From Eledone cirrhosa (taxonomy: Eukaryota): 64,000 bases of DNA. Below are positions 26,357 to 42,619 of this stretch, in pieces. Every line of letters begins with the position of its first letter. Position 1 is the first letter of the stretch. Both the position numbers and the translations under genes were made by a program. The stretch lies in contig OZ024741.1 in NCBI GenBank assembly GCA_964016885.1, forward strand, positions 117,242,001 through 117,306,000, written 5' to 3'. A model generated the notes under the pieces. The model was not told the origin of the DNA and searched no databases. It saw only the letters and a list, made by a program, of their open reading frames with translations.

Positions 26357-26470
26357 AACAAGTATGACCTCGACGGCAGAGCTCAAACCGTTTCGACGGC
26401 CATTTCTGGACCAAATAAGAATTTCTAGCCTGGTAAATAAATAGCCGAACTTCTCAGGGGGCACCTCCCT
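26352..26470 (-). ncRNA. Degenerate hammerhead in a PLE-like terminal sequence
   Basis: Minus strand: GCCCC-CTGAGAA-G-TTCGGCTATTT...AAATGGCCGT-C-GAAACGGTT; helix II CGGCTATTT/AAATGGCCG. Confidence 0.4.
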
Positions 26471-26912
26471 ATATGGGAAGATATGCTGCAGATACAGATG
26501 AATCCATCGTGGCATTTGGTGGGAGGTAGGGGTGGCTGAACTTGCCGATAGAACAAAGAGGGAGTGGGGGAAACCCAGTCAAGCGTTGAAAGCGAAATCC
26601 ATACACCAGATTCCAAGGATAGTGTATAAAAGGTCGAAAAAGTGCACTGGAGAAGAGTGGGGGGGGGGAGGTAAAGGATAGGTAAATCGAAAGGGAACAA
26701 AAAAAAACATTACAAAAATAAGGAAACAACTAAGGAAACATATAAGAAACAACTTCCGGCTACTACTTCATTTCCACAATCACCAAATCTCTCATTGGCA
26801 TTGCTAAGCCATAGAAAGGTTTAACAGGTGGAGAATGGGAAAAATACTAAAAACGAGAAAGTAGTGGAAAAATTTCACAAAGCCGGCTCTACAGGGGGTC
26901 CAACACCACTGC

Positions 26913-27015
<103 letters not shown>

Positions 27016-27710
27016 TTATTATGGCTATTGGTGAGCTTTGTTACTCTAACGTTTCATCTGCGCACTCTCTGGATCACCAGTCTTGTCTGGCAAGTACTTA
27101 TGTTAGACTCCAGAGTAACAAGGCTTAGCCATAATAAATGAATATCTAAACTCTACTTCGGTAGTGAGTTTTCATCCGTCAATAGTTCACGTACTCTCAG
27201 GTCTTGTATAATCGTCTCCATCTCCATCTCAGGTCTTGTATAATCGTTTCCATCTCCCGCTTATTAATTTGTCAAGGTAAGAATTCGAAAGGGAATTGAG
27301 AGCGTTGAAGTAGTATGCAAAGTCTGGGAGAAGAAGGAAAATAAAAAGACAAGAATGATTGATTGTTAACACGGTAATTTAGTAGTTCCAATATTTCGGA
27401 TTTACCATTTATCATTAAGGGGGTTCCATAGGTGGAAACCTTGGAGATATCGGAGATTGTCTTTCCTGGTCAATACAAAAGTCAGACACAGAAACTTGAG
27501 GAAGTAGTAGCACACAAAGTTACACACACGCAAATACACACGTATGCGTAGACCACATACACACCACAGATAGACAAGAAGGGGTAAATAGCAGATAGCA
27601 AAGAGGAAAGAGAAGAACAAGAATATGTGATGAATGAGCTTTGACTATTATATATGACAATTAAACAAACACCCAGAACCAAAGAATATATTAATCATCT
27701 AACTAATAAT

Positions 27711-28308
27711 TGTTTCTACTTTAGGCACAAGGCCAGCAATTACCCAGTGCATTACTGGTACTTTATTTTATCGACCCCATAAGGATGACAGGCAAAGTTA
27801 ACCTCGGCGGGATTTGAACTCAGATCGTAAAGGGACGTAACTATGCTGGAAAGCATGGCGTCCGACCCTCTACCGATACCGCCAATCCACCGCCAAATCA
27901 TCTAACTAATAATGATTTCTACTATAGGCGCAATGCCAGCAATTTTGGGGGAGGGGGAAAGTCGATTAAATCTACCCCAGTGTATCACTGGTACTTTATT
28001 TTATCGATCCCGTAAGGCTGAAAGGCAAAGCTAACCTCGGCGGGATATGAACTTAGATCGTAAATGGGGACGTAACTCTATACTGCAAATCATGTACGAC
28101 GCTCTACGATACTGCCAATCCACCAGCCTAATTACCTAACTAATAATAGCTTCTGATTTAGGTACAATTTGAAGATATGTGGGGGAGAAAGTCAATTAAA
28201 TCAACCCAGTGTCTTACTGGTACTTTATTTTATCGACTCCGTAAGAATGAAAAACAAAGCTAACCTCGGCTGGATTTTAGTTCAGAACGTAAAGGAAAGT
28301 AACCGATA
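27711..28308 (-). mobile_element. Three tandem tRNA-derived SINE copies
   Basis: Same family; first copy flanked by the 18 bp direct repeat aatcatctaactaataat (27693-27710, 27896-27913). Confidence 0.9.
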
Positions 28309-28475
28309 CTGGGTCCTGTCAAAAGCACCTGTCTCCAATTGATCCGACTTGATCCCCAAGCGAGATAAACCAAGCTAATGGATGTTATCCAACCATCATG
28401 CTCGTGATCTATCTGTCCTGTGATTCATTCCTTAGACATTCTGACTTCATGTCCGTGCTATTGAAACTGTGATCT
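28307..28475 (-). mobile_element. RTE 3' fragment, same family as 11163-12165
   Basis: Reverse complement matches ~11900-12105 (ataacatccat.agct..g.tt..tcg.ttggggatcaa...tgacaggaccc; IERSQ..HGH.VRMSK). Confidence 0.7.
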
Positions 28476-29677
28476 CTCAATGTTGGTGTGTTCTTCTTTG
28501 TCATCATTATTCAAAGAATACGGTTGATCCAGTACAATGCCTTTCTTCACTTAAAAAAGTTTCAGACAGAGGCATCATTTGATCTAAACGACTTTCGCAT
28601 GTGTTGCATAAGCATTGACTTTACTTTTTTCTTTCACATGACTAAGAAGTCATGTACGCGCCACCCATCTATAGGAAAAAAAGTCAAGGGATGTCAATTC
28701 TCGAAATTGAGATGCATCCATTATGTATGTATGCATGTACGTATGTATGTATATATTGTTTTGTGGAGCGATAGATGTCTTCATTAAGACATCTCTCTAA
28801 GAGAAGGTCACTCTGATATAAAACCTACGACTTCATTTGCATCCAATGATGTAGACCAGTTCTTCGTTTTAGACAAATGCATTCAATGTTCAGAGAGTGG
28901 GATTGGCCCCCATGCAAAGACTTTCCCCACTTCAAAAAGCTTCAAGCACAGGCATCGCTTGATATGTGACATTTTTTGCGATGCATGTTATTGTTAGCCA
29001 TAAGCAAGTCCCTAGCAAGACTAAAAAGCTACGTCCATGATGCTCATGCTTAAGTATCAAGCGATGGCATTAATCGAAATCGAGTAGCAGCCATCATGTA
29101 TGTGTAAATGTTTAATTTTGTGTGTGTAGGTCTGCATTTATATATGTAGAGGTGTTTGCGTGTATCTGTGTGTCTCTGTGTACATGCCTTTTTCCTCTAT
29201 TTAGTGTTTACTTCTTTCTTGTTTTGACCACTCTATGTTTGAGACCTGCCATTGTTCGTCTTTATATATTACGTATATAATTTGAAAGTAGAAGTTTATT
29301 TTGAGGGCTGGTGGCTATTTTCGTTGGAAAAAACCCACACAATCACGTCAGCTCTGGCCATCAACATTATATCATCTGGTATGCGTTATCTGTCTTCAAA
29401 AGATACGTAATTCTTTTCGTTGTTGTTATTGTTGTAGAGAGCAGCTATAACAATTGTTGTTGTTGTTCTTGTTTTTCTTGTTCTTGTTTTCATTGTTATT
29501 ATGTAATCATCTGCTCTGTTTCACTAACACAACTATTCCCTACACCCACTAATTCTTATCCAGGTTTATTTATCTATCTCTTCGAACACCCTTCCCCTCT
29601 TTTTCTCTCCCCTCTCACCTCTTTTATCTACCAATCTATCTACTATCTATTTATCTCTCTCTCTCTCCCCCTCTCTC

Positions 29678-29763
<86 letters not shown>

Positions 29764-29897
29764 CTACACACCTAACTACATACCTACCTGCCTATATACT
29801 TATCTATTTACCTACCTATCTAGTTAACCACCTATCTGCCTATCTATTTATCTATCTCTCTATCTCTCTATCTATCTATCTATCTATCCATCTATCC

Positions 29898-29930
<33 letters not shown>

Positions 29931-30432
29931 CCTATCTATCTATCTATCTATCTATCTATTTATCTAACTTTCTATCTGTCCGTCTATTTGTCTAACTACT
30001 TTTCACTCTTTTACCCAAGCTTTCTTCAGAGTTCTCTATCTACTCTATTTTTTTTTTTTTTTTGCTGATTGAAACTTTCAAACAACCTACACCATATGTG
30101 TATTTACACGTGGGAGGCGTTGCAACAGTGTATTTATGTTAACATTACAGTAATGATTGATTCAACTGAAAACAACGGGAGGATGGGATATAAAAACAAA
30201 ATGGCTGCCAAAGCAAAATTCAGTGTTGGCGCACATCAGTGAAATAAATGCAGCATTGCATAGTAATAGATTACATTTACATTTAAATAGAATCTGATAA
30301 GCTTATTTGATAAAATCCAACTTATGTAAGATATTTTAAAATTAGAATCTAGTGTATAGTATAATTCAGTGAAAGCAAACAAAAAGCAAAGTTATGAATA
30401 CGAGATAAAACTTTGGCATAGCTAAACAAAAG

Positions 30433-30543
<111 letters not shown>

Positions 30544-30995
30544 TATGTATGTATGTATATATATATATATATATATATCCAGGTATTATAATGCGAAGTT
30601 ACTGTAGGTTTACCCAGGTGAGCACTCGATGTTTAGGTTACGTAATGAAGGAGTAACCATCTTGTATTATATATATATAAATGTAATCTGAGTTTTTCGA
30701 ATATTAATAATAATATTCGATTCTTTTGCAATTATGCAAACAAGTCTCACTTTTAAAGCCATGTCAGTAGAATGAGCCCCTCATTCTTGCTCTTGTGTTG
30801 GCATGTAAACAGAACTGCAGACACTAATGTTTCTGGGTATTACCCTTCATAGTACATTTCACTGTTCACCTGTCATCTGTCAGAGCTATAAATGCTATTT
30901 TCTAGAATATACAGTGACTGATCGGCCTGATTTGCATATTAGCAGATCCACTGATCAGCGAGATTTGCATATCACCAGACTGGCCAGTCATTTTC

Positions 30996-31047
<52 letters not shown>

Positions 31048-31050
<3 letters not shown>

Positions 31051-34000
31051 GTTCTTGACTGCTACTGGTAACATGTAACCCAGTACAACCTGTACATGGT
31101 CGGGTTTTCGGTGACTAAACTGGCAACCCCACCTAGGTTGCTTGGTGAGGAGGGTGATTGACACCCTGCAGACCTTTTAAACTTTCAAACTTTTAACTTT
31201 TTAACTTCTAACTTTTAAACTTTTAAAATACTCTTTTTACTTAGTTATTTATCAGGGAAAACCTTTTTTTTCTCTCCTGGGGAGAAAGACACTTTGGAAT
31301 ACCTGCAGTTGATACATCTACCGATCATCTTACATCTGCTTGTCATCGGATTCTGGCTGTTGATACTTAGTTAGAGAGCAGCATAAGTGTCGCACAAGGA
31401 TATGCTGCTATGATCTCCTTGTGTAGATATATCTTTAAAGTCCTGTAGCGATGGGGAAGCGGCGCCGTATACTGTCGTTGCCAGTTTTCGGAACAGGAAC
31501 TGGCTTAGGCGGAGTCTTTTGTGATTGAGCAGCCCTTTCCAAGGAGAACACTGCTCACCCATTTCTTGTGAGAGGTCTAGAAAAGGTGACCCAAACATTG
31601 TCTGTTCCACCATCAAGCTGTTCAGCAAGCTACGGCTGACGACTGTTCATAGCCGCAGGAGAAACAAGAAGAAATATAATAATAATTTCCAAAATAATAG
31701 AATAGCACTGAATATTGCGATGTGGGACATACGAACACTTCTCGACCAATCCAGAACGCAGGACTGCTATTGTTGGCAGAGAGTTGAGCAGATATAATAT
31801 TGATATAGTTGCACTCTCTGAAACCCGTCTTAGTGGGGAAGGTCATCTATCAGAGAGAGGTGTTAGCTATAGCTTCTTCTGGAAAGGGAAACCAAATGGG
31901 GAGAAAATGAATGGAGGAGTAGGCTTCGCTGTCTAAACAGAGATCACAAAACAATTGGATCAACCACAAGCCATTAGTGATCGTATCATGCACCGAAGAG
32001 TTCCTCTTTCTAGGGGACGTTTCCTCACTGACATCTCAGTGTATGCCCCTATCCTGCAGAGTAGCCAAGAAACAATCATGGCTTTTTACCAAGATTTACG
32101 AGGGTGCATAACATCAATTCCACATTTAGATAAGGTCTTGCTTCTTGGGGATTTTAATGCAAGTGTGGGAAAGGACGGCCACATCTGGAATGCTTTAGGA
32201 CGTCACAGCATTGGCAAGATAAATGCCAATGGTCTTCACCTTTTGCAGTTATTCACTGAGTTTGAGCTGGTCGTATGTAACACATTTGTTTCAGCAAAAT
32301 GAGATCCACAAGGCAACGTGGATACACCCAAGATCGAAACATGGACACATCTTGGATTACATCATCACCAGGAAGAGAGACCTCCAGGATATCTGTTCTG
32401 TCAGAGTAATGCGTGGTGCAGAATGTGGCATAGACCACAAACTTGTGCGTGGCAAGATGAAGGTTCAGATCAGAAGGAAATTGAGAGCATCAGGGGTCCA
32501 ATTGCCAAAGCGTATAGATGTGTCAAAACTGCAAAGTGTAGAAATGCGACATGCTCTTCAAAAGGCACTTGACAACGTCATCTTTGATGGAACTTGGGAA
32601 CAGTTTAAAACTCAAGTTTGCATCGTTGGGGCTGATATACTTGGTCTTAAGAAGACAAAACACAGGGACTGGTTCGATGACATTGATGCTACAATCACCA
32701 TGCTCATTGAGGAAATAACAAGCTGTATCAGAAGTGCCTTGTTGCAGTGGGTCCTATAAAGACCAGTTTTGAGAAAGCCTTCAAAGAAGCAAAATCAAAA
32801 TTGCAAAGTAAAACACGAAAAATAAAGAATAATTGGTGGTCTGAAGTTTCAGCAGAGATGCAGAAGGCATTATAACTGCAGAGACCTGAAGGTCCTACAC
32901 AGCACAATAAGGCAAGTCTTTGGCCCACAACCCTCAGAAATGGCACCATTAAAGTCAAAAGATGGGAACGTCTTTTGACGCAGGTATTATGAGTCGGTGG
33001 ACTGAACACTTTAAAGATCTGTTTGACAACCCATCTGTAGTTGATGAGGAACTTATTAATGGACTGCCGTAAAGGTAGACTGTAACAGAGATGATGAATG
33101 ATCCAATTACTGGTGAGATAAGGTCTACTAGATAAACACACGGAAAGTCCCAAGTTTGGATGGAATCCCTGTTGAGCTGATTCGCTTTGTAGAAAACAAT
33201 GTTGCAGTGGGACAGTCTTATAGGTATGGCATGGTGAGCCTGTCCCGCAAGACTGAGTAGATGCAATTTTGCTTTCAATTTACAAGGGCAAAGGCTCCAA
33301 GTCGGAATGTGGTAATTATCGTGGTATAAGTCTGCTCGAATCGGTATGAAAAGCCTTATCCAAGGTCTTGCTGAATTGTCTAATAAAATGGATCTGTCCT
33401 GGTGCCATCCCTGACACCCAGTGTGGATTTAGAGCTGGGTGGAGTGTTGCGGACATGATCTTCTCAGCCTGTCAGCATATGGAAAAGTGTGTTAAGTAGC
33501 AAGTGACACTTTACCAAGTATTTGTGGACCTTACCAAAGCCTTTGATACTGTTAATTGTAGCGCATTGTGGGTCATATTAAGGAAACTTGGATGCCCTGA
33601 TGAGTTTGTTGGAATATTCCAAAAACGCCATCAAAATATGAAAGCAAAATTGAACTTCAATGGGACATTTCAGTGGAAAACGGTATTAAACAAGGTGATA
33701 TACCTGCACCCACTCTGTTCTCCATCTACTTTGCCGTGCTGCTGATATATACCTTCTAAGCCTTCGAAATCGGTGTATAATTGCGAATTAGAACCTCTGG
33801 TAAAGTCTTTAATCTAAGACAGTTTAACATCAAGTCTAAAACTTTTGGCATTCTTGTTAGGGAGTTCCTGTATGCTGATGATGCAGATATTGTGGTTCAA
33901 AGAGTGGAAGACATGTAGTTAATATTGGACACCTTTTCCAATGCATGTACTGTGTTTGGGATAAATATTAGTTTAAAAAAGACAAAGGTCATGTACACTC

Positions 34001-34999
34001 CACCAGTTGAGAAAGTGTATGTGGAGCTAGACGTTTTCGTGAGAGGAAAAAAGATTTGAAGTGATGGACAGCTTTGTGTATCTCGGAAGTACGCTTAGTA
34101 GAGATGGTACCCTCGATGCAGAAATAGATCACAGGATTGCGAAAGCAAGTCTTGCCTTCGGGAAGCTTGAGAAGCGAGTCTGGTCAATTCGGGGTATCAC
34201 GAAAAACACAAAGCTCTCTGTGTATGAGACCTGTGTACTTACAGCCCTGGATGCGAAACGTGGACAACTTACAAGCATCATATCAGGCAGCTGGAAAGAT
34301 TTCATCAGCATTGTATACGACTCATCCTGAACATCAAGTTGTCCTCTTACACACCTGATGCTGCGGTACTTGAGAAAGCGGGTTGCACCAGTATTGAGAG
34401 GAGGATTATTATGAACAAGATGCGTTGGGGTGGTTATGTGGTCAGGATGGAGGATGGAAGGCTGCCTAAACAGCTATTTTATAGGGAGCTGACTAGAGGA
34501 AAAAGGCCACAGCATAAACCAAAGAAGCGGTTTAATGATGTATTAAAAGACAATCTTAAAACTCTGAAGATTGATTTGAAGAACCGGGAGAGACTGGCTG
34601 AAGGCCGTGCATCATGGAGAATGATCATCAAATATGGATGTCATGTCTTTGAGAAAAAGTAAGTGGTGCATACTGTTTTGGGTATTTACTTCATAAGCGG
34701 GACTCAAGTGCACTGCCTGCAAAAACTCAGCAAGATTCGAAGTGCAATGTATGTGATCGATTTCTTCTAACACGAGCTTGTTTTGTTAACTTAATTTACA
34801 AGTCAGCGGGTGGTCTGACCAGACATGGTAAAATGCATCAAAACACACTCCAGCGGGTATTGGCAGGAGACAGAGAGTTCAAGTGTCACATCTGTGAACG
34901 TATCTGCAAAACAAAAGCGGGTCTGAAAAGTCACCTGCGTGCACATGACCGTGTAATGTTTAATGAAGGGATGGCACTCTTCTGACAAGAAGAAACAAT

Positions 35000-35001
<2 letters not shown>
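31048..35001 (+). mobile_element. Near full-length RTE/BovB-like LINE, heavily decayed
   Basis: APE (DIVALSETR, GVGFAV, VYAP, GDFNA, LDYII, DHKLV); RT (NYRGISLL, FVDLTKAFDTV, LYADD, FVYLGS); RLPKQLFY.EL..GKR; C-terminal C2H2 CHICERICKTKAGLKSHLRAH; (TA)n flanks. Confidence 0.93.
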
Positions 35002-35056
<55 letters not shown>

Positions 35057-35083
35057 TGGTTACACAACAGTTAGTTCACCATA

Positions 35084-35123
35084 CCGAGAACAATTGTTTC
35101 ACCTTCGCGGATCTTCAGCTCGG
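35084..35123 (-). ncRNA. Minimal type I hammerhead ribozyme motif
   Basis: Minus strand: CCGAG-CTGAAGA-T-CC-GCGAA-GG-T-GAAA-CAATTG-TT-CTCGG; perfect 5 bp helix I, palindromic AACAATTGTT helix III. Confidence 0.8.
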
Positions 35124-35124
35124 G

Positions 35125-35194
35125 ATGTGTATGGTTATAGGAATAGGAAGGACAACCGTAAGGTTGTCCTTCCTGTTCCTATAACCATACACAT
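35125..35194. repeat. 33 bp stem hairpin with GTAA loop adjoining the hammerhead
   Basis: atgtgtatggttataggaataggaaggacaacc-GTAA-ggttgtccttcctgttcctataaccatacacat (one T-G pair). Confidence 0.9.
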
Positions 35195-35207
35195 TATGAC
35201 CATACAC

Positions 35208-35256
<49 letters not shown>

Positions 35257-35421
35257 AATTAGTATATCTACTAACATATATATACAGATGCATACCTGTG
35301 CTAGCAAATATATAGGTTTTGTCTTAGTAACTTTGTGGTTCTATGCAAGGGGATGCAGAACAATAATATGAAAGACGTAAAATAAGAAAATTATAAAAAT
35401 TAACTTACTTACTAAAATTTC

Positions 35422-35504
35422 ACTCCAACTAATTAGTTTCTGAAAGGGAATAAACATGGTTTCCGAAGAAACTCACGGAGAAATCCTTTCGTCATCAGGG
35501 AAGT
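35422..35504 (-). ncRNA. Hammerhead motif, copy 1
   Basis: Reverse complement of 36125-36207 with one substitution. Confidence 0.7.
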
Positions 35505-36124
35505 CTATTCTCAGCTAAGTTTCCAGGCAATGCGTGGACACAGGGAACTTATACAAAAATAATTCAGTGGATGGAAAAAAGGAAAGCGTGGACTAAGTTC
35601 CAAGACATTGAAAAAAATCACTGCCTACTTGGTCGGTGGCAAATTCAAAAGAATCAATCACGAGACATCGAGGTTAATCAGTGAGGAGTGGTGTGTTAAG
35701 AAGACAGCAGCCGAACCATTACTATGAACTATAGTAGCAGTTTTGGCAAATTTTTGCTCAACAAAATAATTTGGAGATAATTATAAAGAATTAGTATATC
35801 TACTAACATATATATACAGATGCATACCTGTGCTAGCAAATATATAGGTTTTGTCTTAGTAACTTTGTGGTTCAATGCAAGGGGATGCAGAACAATAATA
35901 TGAAAGACGTAAAATAAGAAAATTATAAAAATTAACTTACTTACTAAAATTTCACTCCAACTAATTAGTTTCTGAAAGGGAATAAACATGGTTTCCGAAT
36001 AAACGCACGGAGAAATCCTTTCGTCATGGAACTTAGTCCACGCTTTCCTTTTTTCCATCCACTGAATTATTTTTGTATAAGTTCCCTGTGTCCACGCATT
36101 GCCTGGAAACTTAGCTGAGAATAG

Positions 36125-36207
36125 ACTTCCCTGATGACGAAAGGATTTCTCCGTGCGTTTCTTCGGAAACCATGTTTATTCCCTTTCAGAAACTAATTAG
36201 TTGGAGT
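36125..36207 (+). ncRNA. Hammerhead motif with UUCG-capped extended helix II
   Basis: ACTTCC-CTGATGA-C-GAAAGG..CGTGCGTTTC-TTCG-GAAACCATG..CCTTTC-A-GAAA-CTAATTAG-TT-GGAGT. Confidence 0.7.
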
Positions 36208-36255
36208 GAAATTTTAGTAAGTAAGTTAATTTTTATAATTTTCTTATTTTACGTC

Positions 36256-36363
<108 letters not shown>

Positions 36364-36554
36364 TTACGTAATAACGTCGCCAGATTCATATTTTGTTCAT
36401 ATGTCTCATATTTAAGTCGAATCCCATGATGCCGGTATTGTAACTGTCTGGGTGGGGAATTGTATATATTGAAGCTATATGTTTGGTGAATGTTTATCGA
36501 GCATTCTTAATTTAATATTTTATTTTATAATTTTGTCTATACGTGGTTTTCAAA

Positions 36555-36760
36555 GGCACACGGCGCATTGGTAAGTGTGTTCGGTTCGATTCCTGAACCG
36601 TGCGGCGTCTTATATCCTTGAGCAAGGCGTTTCATTTCGTGTTGCTCTAGTTCACTCAGCTGGAAAGAAATGAGAATTAGCAGTAAATGTGAGTTAACTC
36701 CTAGTACGGTCTGGTTTTCCGCCAAGAAGTAGTATTTACATGATAGAGCTGGCAGTCCTA
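36555..36760 (+). mobile_element. Second tRNA-derived SINE family (CORE/V-like)
   Basis: ggcgcattggtaag...ggttcgattcc B-box, followed by tccttgagcaaggc.tttcat. Confidence 0.6.
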
Positions 36761-37049
36761 TCATTAAAACACTCGAGAAAACCTCCCATGAAATACTACC
36801 ATATAGGAACCCAGCTAAACTTACCCATGCGCGTAGTGTAACAACAAGATTCATGACTTGCTGTGGAGGCTCTCAAATTCGAAATTTTCCTAGGGACAAT
36901 ACATGTGAGTAATAACTCTATCTAAATGTCAGTCCTGCGTAACGTTTTCTCGACACAGTATGATTAGGTGTGGATGAGGTAATTTAGGCCTCGTACATGA
37001 CCGACCTGATGTTTAACTGTTACAGAGGGTTTCATGTTAGGAGCAACCT

Positions 37050-38090
37050 TACCACTACCAGCAGTTGCAATACTACTACCAACTCCTCACTATCATTACC
37101 GACACCATCACCACGACTATTAAAACTATTACCACCATTCTGACGACGACCACCACAACTACCATCACCCCCCCCCCCAAAAAAAAAACACAACAGCAAC
37201 ATTACCAACACCATAGTCACCACTACTGTTACTACCACTATCACCATCACCAAAGTCGCCTTGACTACCTCCATTACATCTATCAACATTTCTAACACTA
37301 TTACCACAATTACTGCCGCCACCACCACCACCACCAACACCACCACCACCACCATCACCACCATCACCACCAACAACAACACCACCATCACCACCACCAA
37401 CACCACCACCAACACCACCAACACCACCACCATCACCACCACCATCACCACCACCATCACCACCATCACCACCACCATCACCCCCCCACCATCGCCCCCC
37501 CCCACCATTATTACACGTGATAGGTGAGATGTGTATGTGTGTTTCTCATTTGTGTATTATGTTTATGTATGTTTGCTTCAATTTATGTGTATACATTTGG
37601 ATGTATGTGTATGTATATTCGTGTATGTATACGTGTGATGCGTGTGATGTGTGTTTATCAGAATGTATATATATATCTATGTGTGGGTGTTTGTCAGTAT
37701 CCTTAAGTATGTATGTGCATACGTGTATGCGTTTGTCTGTATGTTTATGTTTGTGTCTATTTGTTTCTGTGTTTATGCATGCGTGTATACGTGTTTATCT
37801 ATATCTTTATGTATGTGTATGCATGTTCGTCTGTATGTTTATGCATGTTTGTGTGCATGAGTGTGTACGTTTATATGTGTGTGTGTGTGTATGTGTTTTT
37901 CTGAGTGTTTATCTTTATGTCTGTGAGTGTGTATCTTTGTCTATGTGTGTGTTTATGCATGCACGTATAAGTGTATGTCTGTGTTTGTGTATGTGTAGTC
38001 ATGTTTGCTTGTATATATGTGTGAGTATGTGTTTGAATGTGTTTATGCATGTTCGTATGTGTTTGTCTGTATGTTTATGTATATATTATG
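37050..38090. repeat. (CCA)n-derived and (GT/AT)-derived low-complexity block
   Basis: Direct inspection. Confidence 0.9.
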
Positions 38091-38512
38091 TGTGGTCTGG
38101 GGATGGGGTTATTACTAATGGTGTCAATGGCAGCGGCGATATTCGGATTAGATTGGGGGAAGGGAGGGGCAGCATTGGGAGTGATGTAGGAGGGCTATGG
38201 AGAGGAGCTGGATTGGGAGTGGTGCTGTTGGGGTGGAGGGCAAGTGCTGGGCGTGGTGTTGGCGGAGTGGGGGCAGTGCTGCGACTGATGTGGGTGGGGG
38301 TATAGAAGAAAGTATTTAATGTCATTGTTATTGTCAATGTTTTGTTTTTGTTGCTAAGGTTAACCTTGACATTGAATGACAGAGAGAGAATGGGTGTGAG
38401 AGTGGGTGAAAGAGAGTAAAAGAAGGTATGAGAGAGAGAAAGAGAGAATGGAAAAGAGAAAGAAAGTGTGGAAGAGAAGAGTTTAGGAGTGAGCGTGTGA
38501 TAGAATGACGAT

Positions 38513-38589
<77 letters not shown>

Positions 38590-39126
38590 GCTGGAGAGAG
38601 GGGGGAAAGAGAGGAAGATAGAGGGTGACAGAGAGTAGGTGAGACAAAGGATGGGAAAGAGAGAGGGTGGGAGAGTGAATGTGGGAGGGAGAGGGGAAGG
38701 GAGTCGGAGAAAACGAAAAGAAGAAGGGAGAGGTGTGAGGAGAGGGAAATGAAATGGATGAGATTAATTACATCATAGAGTGTGACAATGAGGTAGAGAG
38801 ATGAGGGAGAGAGAGAAGGTGATGGAGATAAAAAGATACAGAAGATAAGGAAAGGAGAAAGAGAGCTAAAACTATAGGAAATATTATGAGTGAAAAACAA
38901 GATGCTGTAGGACACAAAAGAGAGACACAAAATAACAAACTGGTCACTAGGAGGTCACAGAATGTGTGACGAAAGACCTTAGACAATAAACAAATAAACA
39001 ATCATCCGGTTATTAAACTAACCAAATGCAAGTTTATAATAAATTGAAGTGAACACGAGCAGGTGCGTATATTTTTATTGGCAGCATGACCCTCCCAAAT
39101 TATAACTATATATATATATATATATA

Positions 39127-41954
<2,828 letters not shown>

Positions 41955-41969
41955 TATTTATATATATAA

Positions 41970-42049
<80 letters not shown>

Positions 42050-42159
42050 TGTATATACATGCATGAATTTGTATGTTTGTGGGTGTTTGTGGAGCGTGTA
42101 GGGGTCCATATATACCTATATTCTGAATCACGCTGTGTTAGTGGTATTCCCCATTCATT

Positions 42160-42320
42160 CTTTCTAACGTTGGCGCAAGGTATTAAATTGTGGGAGAAAA
42201 GGAAAGTCGATTATATCGACCTCACCACTTAACGTGTACTTTACTTCATCGACCCGGTAAGGATTAAACGCAAAGCTAACCTCCACGGGATTTGAATTCA
42301 GAACATAAAGAGACATAAAG
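42160..42320 (-). mobile_element. tRNA-derived SINE
   Basis: atcgacccggtaaggat..a.gcaaagctaacctc..cgggatttgaa.tcagaac. Confidence 0.75.
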
Positions 42321-42335
42321 TTTATGCCCCCAAAC

Positions 42336-42469
<134 letters not shown>

Positions 42470-42619
42470 TGAGTGTATATAAAAATATAGGTAAATTTAG
42501 TTAATGAAGCCATAAACATGGCTACCACCAAATCAAAACCGAAAGCAAGAACAAGATTCAGTCTCTGGTTGTTTATTCCGAATTCTGACACAATGTATGT
42601 ATGTATGTATGTATGTATG

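Noticed and set aside
31048-31700. HDV-like ribozyme expected in some RTE 5' UTRs
   Set aside because: Could not build the nested double pseudoknot by eye; needs a descriptor search.
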